Shown in pieces: positions 37,713 to 46,488 of a stretch of DNA of 64,000 nucleotides (the first letter of the stretch is position 1; every line of letters starts with the position of its first letter). Made by a program: the position numbers and the translations under genes. This DNA comes from a bacterium (GTDB lineage: Bacteria; UBA8248): NCBI GenBank assembly GCA_965204535.1, contig CBDBEV010000001.1:192001-256000 (forward strand), given 5' to 3'. The notes under the pieces were generated by a model. It ran no database searches and was not told the origin of the DNA. It worked only from the letters and a program-made list of their open reading frames with translations.

Positions 37713-38810
37713 ATGAGAAAAATCGAGAAAATAGAACTCTTCCCCGTCGCCATCCCGCTCAACCATCCCTACAAGAGCGCCACGCGCACCGCGACGCATT
37801 CAGAAGACATCGTCGTAAAAATCACCTGCGAGGGCGTTTCGGGCTGGGGCGGGGCGCCGCTGCGCTCGTTTCCGACCGGGGAGACGCTCAAGAGCGCGTA
37901 TCAGATACTCGATGAATACCTGGTTCCCGCCGTCGCCGATTGCAACCCCTTCGACAGGGAACGCATCGTCCACAGGATGGAAAAGGCCATCCCCTTCCAT
38001 TATTCGCCAAAGGCCGCGATAGATTGCGCGGTGCACGATCTTATCGGGCGCATGCTGGGTTGTCCGGTCTACGATCTCCTGGGCGGAAAAATCAGGGACG
38101 AGATGCCCGCCTTCGACATCCTGCCCCTAGAATCGCCCGAAAGAACCGCAGAACTCGCGGCGGAATCCATGGCTTTGGGCATCACCTCGTTCAAGGTGAA
38201 GATGAACCGCGACACGAAGACGAGCATCGCGCGCGTGGCGGCGGCCCGGGAGGCGGCGGGAGATGAGGCGCACATCGTCGTCGACGCGAACATGAGTTGG
38301 ACACCCAAGCTCGCCGTGCAGATGTGCGCGCGCATCGAGGAGTTCGGGGTCACCATGCTGGAGCAGCCCGTGCCCGGCAACGATCTGGACGGCCTGGAGT
38401 TCGTCAACAAGAACACGCGCATCCCCATCTGCGCGGACGAATCGTTCCGGCCCGATTATCTGGCCCAGATCGCCCGCAGGCGCGCCGCCGACATCGTGAA
38501 CCTGAAGGTCAACCGCGAGGGCGGGCTGCTCCATGCGAAAAAAGCCGCCGCCCTCATCGAGATTCACGGCATCGAGGGCATCTGCGGCAGCGTGATCCAC
38601 AGCGCGCTGAACGACGCCGCCTGCGCGCACCTTTTCGCCTCGACCCCCGCCATCGTCTACAACGAATCGGGCAAGGCCCCCGCCTGGCACGATGAGGACA
38701 TCGTCACCGGCTTCGTGGCGGAAGGCGGGGTCGTCAAGGTCCCCGAAGGTCCGGGGCTGGGCGTGGAAGTGAACGAGGAGGCGGTCCACAAATTCCGCCT
38801 CGATCTGTAA
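37713..38810 (+). CDS. Mandelate racemase / muconate lactonizing enzyme family
   Basis: FKVK, VDANMSW, LEQP, ADES, NLK, PEGPGLGV. Confidence 0.88.
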   Translation: MRKIEKIELFPVAIPLNHPYKSATRTATHSEDIVVKITCEGVSGWGGAPLRSFPTGETLKSAYQILDEYLVPAVADCNPFDRERIVHRMEKAIPFHYSPKAAIDCAVHDLIGRMLGCPVYDLLGGKIRDEMPAFDILPLESPERTAELAAESMALGITSFKVKMNRDTKTSIARVAAAREAAGDEAHIVVDANMSWTPKLAVQMCARIEEFGVTMLEQPVPGNDLDGLEFVNKNTRIPICADESFRPDYLAQIARRRAADIVNLKVNREGGLLHAKKAAALIEIHGIEGICGSVIHSALNDAACAHLFASTPAIVYNESGKAPAWHDEDIVTGFVAEGGVVKVPEGPGLGVEVNEEAVHKFRLDL

Positions 38811-38836
38811 TACGGGCGGGAATTCCAAGCGACCTC

Positions 38837-39049
38837 GGACAGGCACAGGGGCCTGTCCCTACAAAAACCGAACGTAACAATACGAACCCGTAGGGGCGGC
38901 CCCCCGTGGCCGCCCTGCCCCAGTAGCCGCACATGGTCCGTTATTGGCCGTCATTCCGGCGTCATTGTCGCTCCTGTTGTAGGGGTCGCATACATGCGAC
39001 CCGGCCTTTTTCTCCGCCCGTCATGGGCCGCATATATGCGGCCCCTACA
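38837..39049. repeat. Cluster of GTAG-type REP-like palindromes
   Basis: GGACAGGCACAGGGGCCTGTCCCTACA, CGTAGGGGCGGCCCCCCGTGGCCGCCC and the pair at 38978-39049. Confidence 0.82.
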
Positions 39050-39171
39050 GGTGAAAACCCGATTGATGCGGGTGGACTTCCTCTTCCCCGTCGCCCGGCA
39101 AACCATCTCGCATCGGGGGTAGAAGCGATGCCCTCGACGAGGGGCTATTTCAAAAGCCCTATTACGATCTC

Positions 39172-40320
39172 CTAGTAGAGCTTGTGCCCATAAAGCTCCT
39201 CGGCGCTCTCGTGGTAGATGCGCCGCCTCATCTCATCCGAGACCTCCTGAAAAACCTGCCGGGGATTGTCGAAGTCCCAGTGCGGATAATCGGACGCGAA
39301 CAGCAGCGTCTTCTCCGCCTTCGCCATCCTGAGAATCTGGCGGTGGTCCTCGTTCGTGGGCGGCTCCGCGATGGGCTGCGTGGTCAGCCGGATGTGGTCG
39401 ACGACGTATTCACTCGGCGGACGCTCCAGCCAGGGCACCTCCGCGCGCAGCGAGCGCCATTCCTGATCGAAGCGCCACATGATGCTCGGCAGCCAGGCGT
39501 AACCCATCTCCTGAAAGACGACCTTGAGCTTCGGGAAGCGAACGAATACGCCCTCGCACACCAGGCTGATCACCTGCGCCTGCGCAATCGTCACCGCGCC
39601 CGTGTGGACCTCGATATAATAGGCAGGGATTCCCGTGGGGTTCATGGGCGTGTTCACCCCCGCCGCCTCTCCCGCGCCGTGCATCCCGATGGCCAGGCCC
39701 ATGGCTTCTGCGGCCTCGTAGATGGGGTAGTAGTGGCGGTTCCCCAACAAAACGTCCATCTGCGGGATCTGCACCTGCACCACGGCGGGATGCGCGCCGA
39801 TTCTCTCGATTTCCTTGACGGCGAGCCCGGGGTCGCGCGGGCCGACGTGTATCGCGAGCTTGAGCCGGGGCTCGGGTTCGCACCACTCGTGGAGCAGCCA
39901 GTCGTTGTTCGCCGAGATGAAGGCGGCCGCCATGTCGGCGTCCGGCAGTCCGCCGATGCCGAACAGGTCGCCTGCGATGAGAATGCCGGTGTCGACGCCA
40001 TATTTGTCCAGATGGTGGGAGCGCAGCATGTCGAGGTTCGAACCCGGCCTCCCGCCGTCGGGCGGCAGGGCGTCGGGGCGTTCCGCACCGTGGGGATGGT
40101 AGTACCAGCGCTTGGGTATCGAAAAGACGTTCCGCGCGGTGTTGGGGTCTTTCGCGGAACTGAGCGGCGCCACGCCCATGCGCTTGCGCCACGATTCGGA
40201 CAGATACGGATGAAGCTGGTGCATGCCGTTCATGCGCGGATGGATGTCCGCGTCGATGATCTTGAGCTTCACCGCATCCGTTGTTTCTTGTGCCGCTGTT
40301 TCAAGTCCGGTCTCGTTCAT
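39172..40320 (-). CDS. Amidohydrolase_2-family protein (candidate amidohydrolase-related dinuclear oxygenase)
   Basis: IIDADIH, NNDW, YYPIYEAA...IGMH, QEMGYAW, PSEY, TTQP, FASDYPHWDFD. Confidence 0.82.
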   Translation of the reverse strand: MNETGLETAAQETTDAVKLKIIDADIHPRMNGMHQLHPYLSESWRKRMGVAPLSSAKDPNTARNVFSIPKRWYYHPHGAERPDALPPDGGRPGSNLDMLRSHHLDKYGVDTGILIAGDLFGIGGLPDADMAAAFISANNDWLLHEWCEPEPRLKLAIHVGPRDPGLAVKEIERIGAHPAVVQVQIPQMDVLLGNRHYYPIYEAAEAMGLAIGMHGAGEAAGVNTPMNPTGIPAYYIEVHTGAVTIAQAQVISLVCEGVFVRFPKLKVVFQEMGYAWLPSIMWRFDQEWRSLRAEVPWLERPPSEYVVDHIRLTTQPIAEPPTNEDHRQILRMAKAEKTLLFASDYPHWDFDNPRQVFQEVSDEMRRRIYHESAEELYGHKLY

Positions 40321-40362
40321 TTCAGGCCCCTCTATGTCAAGAACTAAAGAATATATGCCGTT

Positions 40363-41706
40363 CTAAAATTCGGGAAACTCCGCCCGCCAGCCCATCTCCT
40401 CCTCGAACCACCTCGCCATCGCCAAAAGCTTCTCCTCCCCGCAGCGCACCGCACCGAACTGGATGCCCAGGGGAAGGTTCATGTCCCCGCGCCCCAGGGG
40501 CAGCGTGATCGCGGGTTGCCCTGAAAAGGTGAGCGGCTGCAAGAAGGCCGGCCCGCCGGTGGATTCCTCCCACGGCGGCGGTGCCGAATCGAAACTCGGC
40601 AGCATGAACAGATCGTAGCGCTCCATCAGATCGTCCATTTTCCGGGTGAAATTCGCACGAACGCGCATCGCCTTCACGTAATGGACGGCAGGCGTCATAT
40701 AGCCGATCGTCATGCTCCTGCGCACGAAAGGCGGGAGATCATCCCTGTGCGCCTCGTACAAATCCTGGTGACAGGAAGCCAAATCCACGCACCGGCCGAT
40801 GAAATGCGCCGCGTTTATCTCATCCATGCTCAGGGGCAGTTCCACCTCCTCGACTTCGATACCCTTTGATTTTGCTTGAGCTACGGTCCGTTCGGTCCAC
40901 TCCAGAACTTCCTCGCTCGCCAGATCGAGTAGATGCTTGAGATATGCGATTTTCTCCGGTTTCCGGGGCGTCTGGTTCGCGGCGGGCGGCGGGACGTTCA
41001 CCGTGCTGTGATCCGCGCCATCGGGGCCTGACACTACCTCCATGATTATCGCGATGTCCTCGACCGTGCGCGCGATGATTCCCAAATGATCGAAATTCCA
41101 CGAAACGCTCATCACGCCCGTCCTGGGAATGCGTCCATAGGTGGGTTTCAGGCCCGGTACGCCGCAATACGCGGCGGGGCGAAGCGTGGAGCCCGTCGTC
41201 TGGCTGCCGAACGCGACGGGCACCATCCCCGCGCCCACGGCGGCGGCGGAGCCGCTGCTCGACCCGCCCGGGCTTCGTTCGGTGTTCCAGGGGTTGCGGG
41301 TGATGGAGGGGTCTCCCTGCGCGAAAGGCGTCGTCACCGCCTTGCCCATGGCGATTGCGCCGGCGCTTCGCAGGCGCGCCACGCAAACGGCATCCTCGGG
41401 AGCCGTCTGTCCCTTGAAAATATCCGTTCCCGCTTCGAGCTTGAGACCTCGTATGGCAAAAATATCCTTGGCCGCATACGGCGCGCCCGCTAGAGGCCCT
41501 GGTTCCTCACCGGCGCTTCGGGCGTCATCGACAACCTTCGCCGCCTCGAGCGCGCCTTCGGCGTCCACCTGCACCCAGGCTTTCACCTGCGCTTCACACG
41601 CGTCGATGCGAGACAACAAAGAGCGCACCCACTCCGCCGCGGTGAGAGAGCCTTCTTCCAACTTGCTTAAGCCCTCGCTCAACGAGAGCCGCCAGTATTC
41701 ACTCAT
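40363..41706 (-). CDS. Amidase-signature family enzyme
   Basis: AKD, PGGSSSGSAAAV, GSQTTGSTLRPA. Confidence 0.9.
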   Translation of the reverse strand: MSEYWRLSLSEGLSKLEEGSLTAAEWVRSLLSRIDACEAQVKAWVQVDAEGALEAAKVVDDARSAGEEPGPLAGAPYAAKDIFAIRGLKLEAGTDIFKGQTAPEDAVCVARLRSAGAIAMGKAVTTPFAQGDPSITRNPWNTERSPGGSSSGSAAAVGAGMVPVAFGSQTTGSTLRPAAYCGVPGLKPTYGRIPRTGVMSVSWNFDHLGIIARTVEDIAIIMEVVSGPDGADHSTVNVPPPAANQTPRKPEKIAYLKHLLDLASEEVLEWTERTVAQAKSKGIEVEEVELPLSMDEINAAHFIGRCVDLASCHQDLYEAHRDDLPPFVRRSMTIGYMTPAVHYVKAMRVRANFTRKMDDLMERYDLFMLPSFDSAPPPWEESTGGPAFLQPLTFSGQPAITLPLGRGDMNLPLGIQFGAVRCGEEKLLAMARWFEEEMGWRAEFPEF

Positions 41707-41918
41707 TCTGCGCCCTCATCGGCCTTGAGATTTTCGAGCGGGGGGAGAAACGGCTCATCGGTGGATTCCACCGGCGTATCGGAGAGTATCTGGAGCATCT
41801 GCGCGCAATCATCCGCCGTCTTGTGGGCAATTTCATCCTGTGGCACGCCGAAGACGGTTTCGGCCATCTCCGCGATTCGCGCCGCTATTTTCTCATGATT
41901 CTCTTGCGGTTGTGGCAT
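41703..41918 (-). CDS. Small acidic protein, possible GatC/AtzG-like amidase partner
   Basis: 71 aa, RBS GGGAG, ATGA overlap with the amidase start, ends ...TPVESTDEPF... Confidence 0.6.
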   Translation of the reverse strand: MPQPQENHEKIAARIAEMAETVFGVPQDEIAHKTADDCAQMLQILSDTPVESTDEPFLPPLENLKADEGAE

Positions 41919-42037
41919 ATTCACTCTCCCGGCTGCACGGATATCACCCGATCCGGAATATCGTGTTAGGCATCCCGAATAAAAAGCATCATACTAAAAG
42001 AAGTCGCCGTGATTAAGGGCGATGAGAGGGATAGCGC

Positions 42038-42490
42038 ATGAAAATCTGGGTGGATGCCGACGCATGTCCGCAAGATATCAAGGAGATTCTCTACAAAACC
42101 GCCGATCGACTTGATATTCCAACAGTTCTGGTCGCCAACATGAAGCTGAGGACGCCGGATATCCCTTCCGTCTCCACGATTCAGGTCCCCGGCGGAGCGG
42201 ACGTAGCCGATGAATACATCATCGAGAACCTGAGCCCGGGCGATTTCGTCATCACCGCGGATGTCCCCTTCGCGGCGAAAGCGGTCGAAAAAGGCGCTTT
42301 GGGCATCGACCCGCGCGGTGAGGTCTATACCGAGGAAAACGTGGGCGAGCGGCTGTCTTTGAGAAACTTCATGATGGATATGCGCTCGGGCGGACTCGTC
42401 CAGGGCGGCCCGCCGCCCATGGCCGTAGCCGACCGCCACAAGTTCGCTGCGGCGCTCGACAGGGAGTTGACGAAAAAACGAAACGCCTAG
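42038..42490 (+). CDS. yaiI: YaiI/YqxD (UPF0178) family protein
   Basis: MKIWVDADACP, ADVADEYI, VITADVPFA, PRGEVYTEENV. Confidence 0.9.
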   Translation: MKIWVDADACPQDIKEILYKTADRLDIPTVLVANMKLRTPDIPSVSTIQVPGGADVADEYIIENLSPGDFVITADVPFAAKAVEKGALGIDPRGEVYTEENVGERLSLRNFMMDMRSGGLVQGGPPPMAVADRHKFAAALDRELTKKRNA

Positions 42491-43473
42491 GCGTTCACGT
42501 CCACGACAACGCGGCCCTTCACCTGCCCTTTCAGGATATCGCCGCTCAGTCCGGCCAGATCGGAAAGCGACGCCTGGGTGCTCACGGATTCGAGCTTGTC
42601 CATCGGCATCTGCTCCGCAAGCCGCGTCCACGCCTTTTGACGAGGCTCGAAGGGGCACATGACGGAATCGATACCCAAGAGATTCACGCCCCGCAGGAGG
42701 AACGGGATCACCGTCGTTTCGAGGGCGCTACCACCCGCCAGACCCACCGCCGCCACGGAACTTCGGTGTTTCATCTGCGTCAGCAGGCGTCCAAGCGTCG
42801 TACCGCCCACCGAATCGATGCAACCCGCCCAGCGTTCGCTCTCGAGCGGGCGTTTCGTGGGTTCGGCGAGTTCGCTCCGCGCGATGATGGCGGAAGCGCC
42901 GAGTGATTCGAGATAAGCGTGGGTTTCCTCTCTCCCCGTCGACGCGGTGACGGAATAGCCCAGATTCGCGAGAACGGCCACCGCGACGGAACCCACCCCG
43001 CCTGCGGCGCCCGTGACGAGCACTTCCCCGTCTTCGACGCCCAGGCCGTGGTCTTCGAGCGCCTGAACGGAGAGCATGGCCGTGAAGCCGGCCGTGCCGA
43101 GCGCCATCGCCTGCCTCGTGGACATATCTTCCGGCAGGTGAACCAGCCAATCCCCCTTGACGCGCGCTTTCTGGGCGTACCCCCCCCAGTGCGCCTCGCC
43201 GACCCGCCAGCCGGTGAGAATCACCTTGTCGCCGGCTTTGTAATCCGCGTGCGCGCTCTCCTCCACCGTGCCCGCAAAATCAATGCCCGGTACGTGAGGA
43301 TAATTGCGCACCAGACGTCCGATGCCCTTCAGGATCATCCCGTCCTTGTAGTTGAGCGTCGAATAATCGACAGCGACCGTCACGTCGCCATCCGGCAGGC
43401 TCGCCTCATCGAGTTCCTGAACGGATGAACTGACTTTTCCTTCATCTTCTTCTAAAACCAATGCACGAAACAT
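42487..43473 (-). CDS. acuI: Acryloyl-CoA reductase (MDR family, YhdH/AcuI)
   Basis: YSTLNYKDG, PGIDFAG, WGGYAQKARV, GTAGFTAML, TGAAGGVGS, PFLLRGVNLLGIDSV. Confidence 0.87.
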   Translation of the reverse strand: MFRALVLEEDEGKVSSSVQELDEASLPDGDVTVAVDYSTLNYKDGMILKGIGRLVRNYPHVPGIDFAGTVEESAHADYKAGDKVILTGWRVGEAHWGGYAQKARVKGDWLVHLPEDMSTRQAMALGTAGFTAMLSVQALEDHGLGVEDGEVLVTGAAGGVGSVAVAVLANLGYSVTASTGREETHAYLESLGASAIIARSELAEPTKRPLESERWAGCIDSVGGTTLGRLLTQMKHRSSVAAVGLAGGSALETTVIPFLLRGVNLLGIDSVMCPFEPRQKAWTRLAEQMPMDKLESVSTQASLSDLAGLSGDILKGQVKGRVVVDVNA

Positions 43474-43492
43474 AACGCATCTCTCCATATGG

Positions 43493-43978
43493 TTAGCTTT
43501 GCTCGATTGCCTCTTTGAGGAGGCCAAGCGTCGCCTCGGCGAACGCCCACATGTTCGCCTCCCTGTCCGCGCTGCCCGTCTCCAGCGTCATCACCTTGTC
43601 CACCGGGCCGGAAACCGCCATGCACGAATGCCCGGGCGCATCTCCGTATCTGTTGCCCGAAGGGCCCGCGGCCCCCGTTTCGGAAACGCCCCATGTCGAC
43701 CCCAGCCTGTCCTTGATCGCCGCGGCCAGCTTCGCCGCGTAGGGTTCCGTGCTCGGCCGCATTCCCTCGAAGGCGTCCTCGGGAAGCCCCAGAAGAATGC
43801 TCCTCGAATCGTAGGTGTAGAGCACCCCGCCGCCCATGTAGTAGGCGGAAGCCCCCGGAACGGCGAGCAGAGCGGCCGACACCAGGCCGCCGGCGGACGT
43901 TTCCGAAACGGCGACCGTTTGTCCCTTATCCTTCAGCAATTGCCCGATTTCACCGGCCATTCGCGTGAGCACATCCAT
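43493..43978 (-). CDS. CinA C-terminal / PncC-like nicotinamide-nucleotide amidase family
   Basis: VAVSETSAGGL, VPGASAYY.GG, ETGAAGP. Confidence 0.83.
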   Translation of the reverse strand: MDVLTRMAGEIGQLLKDKGQTVAVSETSAGGLVSAALLAVPGASAYYMGGGVLYTYDSRSILLGLPEDAFEGMRPSTEPYAAKLAAAIKDRLGSTWGVSETGAAGPSGNRYGDAPGHSCMAVSGPVDKVMTLETGSADREANMWAFAEATLGLLKEAIEQS

Positions 43979-44160
43979 GAGCGTCTCCAGATGAGAAAAA
44001 TTGAACCCAGAAGGTGGAACAATGGCACATTCCGGCCCTAAAATCACCCCGCAACCTGTTTTGGACGCTTGAAACGCCAGGGCGGAGGGACTTGGCTCCC
44101 ACTCGTGATATACTCCGCCAAATCATGGGTTCGACTCAGAATCGTGGAGGAAATCATCTG

Positions 44161-46488
44161 ATGCCCGACGGGCGAGGTGAAATCGAAAAACGTCACCACA
44201 GTTCCCACTGGGGGGCATTCCGGGCGCACGTGCGTGATGGCCGCATGGTGGGTTTCGAGCCGTTCGCGAAGGACCCGGCGCCCTCTCCCATCCTGGAGTC
44301 CATCCAGGACGCCATTTATGATGAAACCCGCATCTCCCGGCCGATGATCCGCACGGGCTGGCTCGAGCACGGCCCCGGGAAAAACACCGAAGGACGCGGC
44401 GGCGAACCTTTCGTGCCCGTCTCCTGGGAGACGGCCCTAGGATTGGTCGCTGACGAGATAGAGCGCATCAAGACCGAACACGGCAACGAATCCATCTTCG
44501 CGGGTTCATACGGGTGGGCGAGCGCGGGCCGCTTCCACCATGCGAACACTCTGGTGAAAAGGTTTTTCAACTGTTACGGCGGCTTCACGGATCATGTGAC
44601 CACCTACAGCATCGCCGCCGGGTACGTCATCCTCCCCCACGTCATGGGGGATTTTATCTCCTGCGCCGGACACATCACGACCTGGGACAGCATCGCGCAA
44701 GACTCGGGGCTGTTCGTCATGTTCGGCGGCGTTCCCGTCAAGAACGCGCAGGTGGCGGCGGGAGGCGCGGGAGAACACTCCCTGGAGCTATGGCTGGAAA
44801 GGGCGAAGGCGAACGGGGTGGAATTCGTGAACGTAAGCCCCCTGAAAGACGATGCGCCCGATTTTCTGGACGCGCAGTGGATCGCCGTGCGGCCCAATAC
44901 GGACGTGGCGCTCATGCTCGGTCTCGCGCATACGCTTTGGGAGGAGAATCTGCACGACAAGGAATTTCTCGCGCGCTATTGCGTCGGTTTCAAGAAGTTC
45001 GAAGCCTATCTGACGGGCGAAACCGACGGGAGACCCAAGAGCGCGGACTGGGCGGCTCCCATCACGGGAATCGGGGCGGACGTCATTCGAAACCTCGCGC
45101 GACGCATGGCGGGCACACGAACCATGCTCAACACGAACTGGTCGCTCCAGCGCGGGGATCACGGCGAGCAGACGTTCTGGATGACCATCACGCTCGCCGC
45201 CATGCTCGGCCAAATCGGCCTTCCCGGCGGGGGGTTCGGCTTCGGCTACGGGAGCATGGGCGGACGCGGCGAACCGCGTGAGAACATCCCTTCGGTCAGA
45301 ATGAATTTGGGGAAAAACCCGACCGGCAGCTTCATCCCCGTCGCCCGCATCGCGGACATGTTGCTTCAGCCGAACGAGCAATACGACTTCAACGGTGAGC
45401 GCCGCACCTACCCGGACATCCGCATGGTGTACTGGTGCGGCGGCAATCCATTCCACCACCACCAGGATTTGAACCGGCTGGTGAAGGCGTGGCGGCGGCC
45501 CGAAACCATAGTCGTCCACGACCCCTGGTGGACGTCCACCGCGCGCCATGCGGACATCGTGCTGCCCGCCACCACCACGCTCGAGCGCAACGACATCGGC
45601 TCGAGTTCGAGGGATCGCTTCATCCTCGCCATGCACAAGGTGATCGAGCCGGTGGGCGACGCACGACACGATTTCGATATCTTCTCGGAACTGGCCGGGC
45701 GCCTCGGCTTTAAGAGCGCCTTCACCGAAGACCGCGGCGAGACGGAATGGCTCGGACATATCTACGAGGAGGCGCGCCGGAAAGCCGCCGCCCAGGGCGT
45801 GGTTCTCGACACGTTCGAGCATTTCTGGGAGACCGGGCACACCGAAGTCGCCCCGCCGGAGACGCCGCACGTCTATCTGGCCGAATTCCGGGAAGACCCT
45901 GAGAAAAACGCGCTCAAGACGCCTTCCGGGAAAATCGAGATATATTCCGAGCGCATCGCGAGCTTCGGCTACGCAGACTGCCCGCCCCACCCCGCCTGGC
46001 TCGAACCCGTAGAATGGCTGGGAAGCGCACTGGCGAACAAATTCCCGCTGCACCTCATCTCGAACCAGCCGCGCACGAGACTCCACGGCCAGATGGACAG
46101 CGGATCCACCAGCATCAAGAGCAAGATTCAGGGCAGGGAACCGGTGTGGATTCACCCCGAAGACGCCGCCGCGCGGGAGATTCGAGACGGAGATGTGGTG
46201 CGAATCTTCAACGAGCGCGGCGCGATTTTAGCGGGCGCCGTCATCACCGAGGGGCTGCTGCCCGGCGTCATCCAGCTCTCCACGGGCGCGTGGTACGACC
46301 CGCTGGAGCCGGGGAGAATCGGGGCGCTCGACAAGCACGGCAACCCCAACGTACTGACGCCCGACAAGGGAACCTCCAGCCTCGGCCAGGGCCCGAGCGC
46401 GCACAGCGCGCTGGTGGAGATGGAGCGCTACGAGGAAGAGCTTCCCGAGATCACGGCGTTTCAACCCCCATCCTTCATAGAGGCGTAA
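44161..46488 (+). CDS. Molybdopterin S/N-oxide reductase (BisC/TorZ-like), cytoplasmic
   Basis: SHWGAF, SYGWASAGRFHHA, TYSIAA (Ser ligand), GGNPFHHHQD, ADIVLPATT, TPSGKIEI, RLHGQ; no Tat leader. Confidence 0.88.
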   Translation: MPDGRGEIEKRHHSSHWGAFRAHVRDGRMVGFEPFAKDPAPSPILESIQDAIYDETRISRPMIRTGWLEHGPGKNTEGRGGEPFVPVSWETALGLVADEIERIKTEHGNESIFAGSYGWASAGRFHHANTLVKRFFNCYGGFTDHVTTYSIAAGYVILPHVMGDFISCAGHITTWDSIAQDSGLFVMFGGVPVKNAQVAAGGAGEHSLELWLERAKANGVEFVNVSPLKDDAPDFLDAQWIAVRPNTDVALMLGLAHTLWEENLHDKEFLARYCVGFKKFEAYLTGETDGRPKSADWAAPITGIGADVIRNLARRMAGTRTMLNTNWSLQRGDHGEQTFWMTITLAAMLGQIGLPGGGFGFGYGSMGGRGEPRENIPSVRMNLGKNPTGSFIPVARIADMLLQPNEQYDFNGERRTYPDIRMVYWCGGNPFHHHQDLNRLVKAWRRPETIVVHDPWWTSTARHADIVLPATTTLERNDIGSSSRDRFILAMHKVIEPVGDARHDFDIFSELAGRLGFKSAFTEDRGETEWLGHIYEEARRKAAAQGVVLDTFEHFWETGHTEVAPPETPHVYLAEFREDPEKNALKTPSGKIEIYSERIASFGYADCPPHPAWLEPVEWLGSALANKFPLHLISNQPRTRLHGQMDSGSTSIKSKIQGREPVWIHPEDAAAREIRDGDVVRIFNERGAILAGAVITEGLLPGVIQLSTGAWYDPLEPGRIGALDKHGNPNVLTPDKGTSSLGQGPSAHSALVEMERYEEELPEITAFQPPSFIEA

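Noticed and set aside
652-43473. DMSP/acrylate pathway from prpE plus acuI
   Set aside because: The genes are 40 kb apart, both are widespread, and no ddd or dmd gene is recognisable in the window.
43979-44160. Moco riboswitch upstream of the molybdoenzyme
   Set aside because: I could not find the expected conserved elements by eye; needs an Rfam scan.
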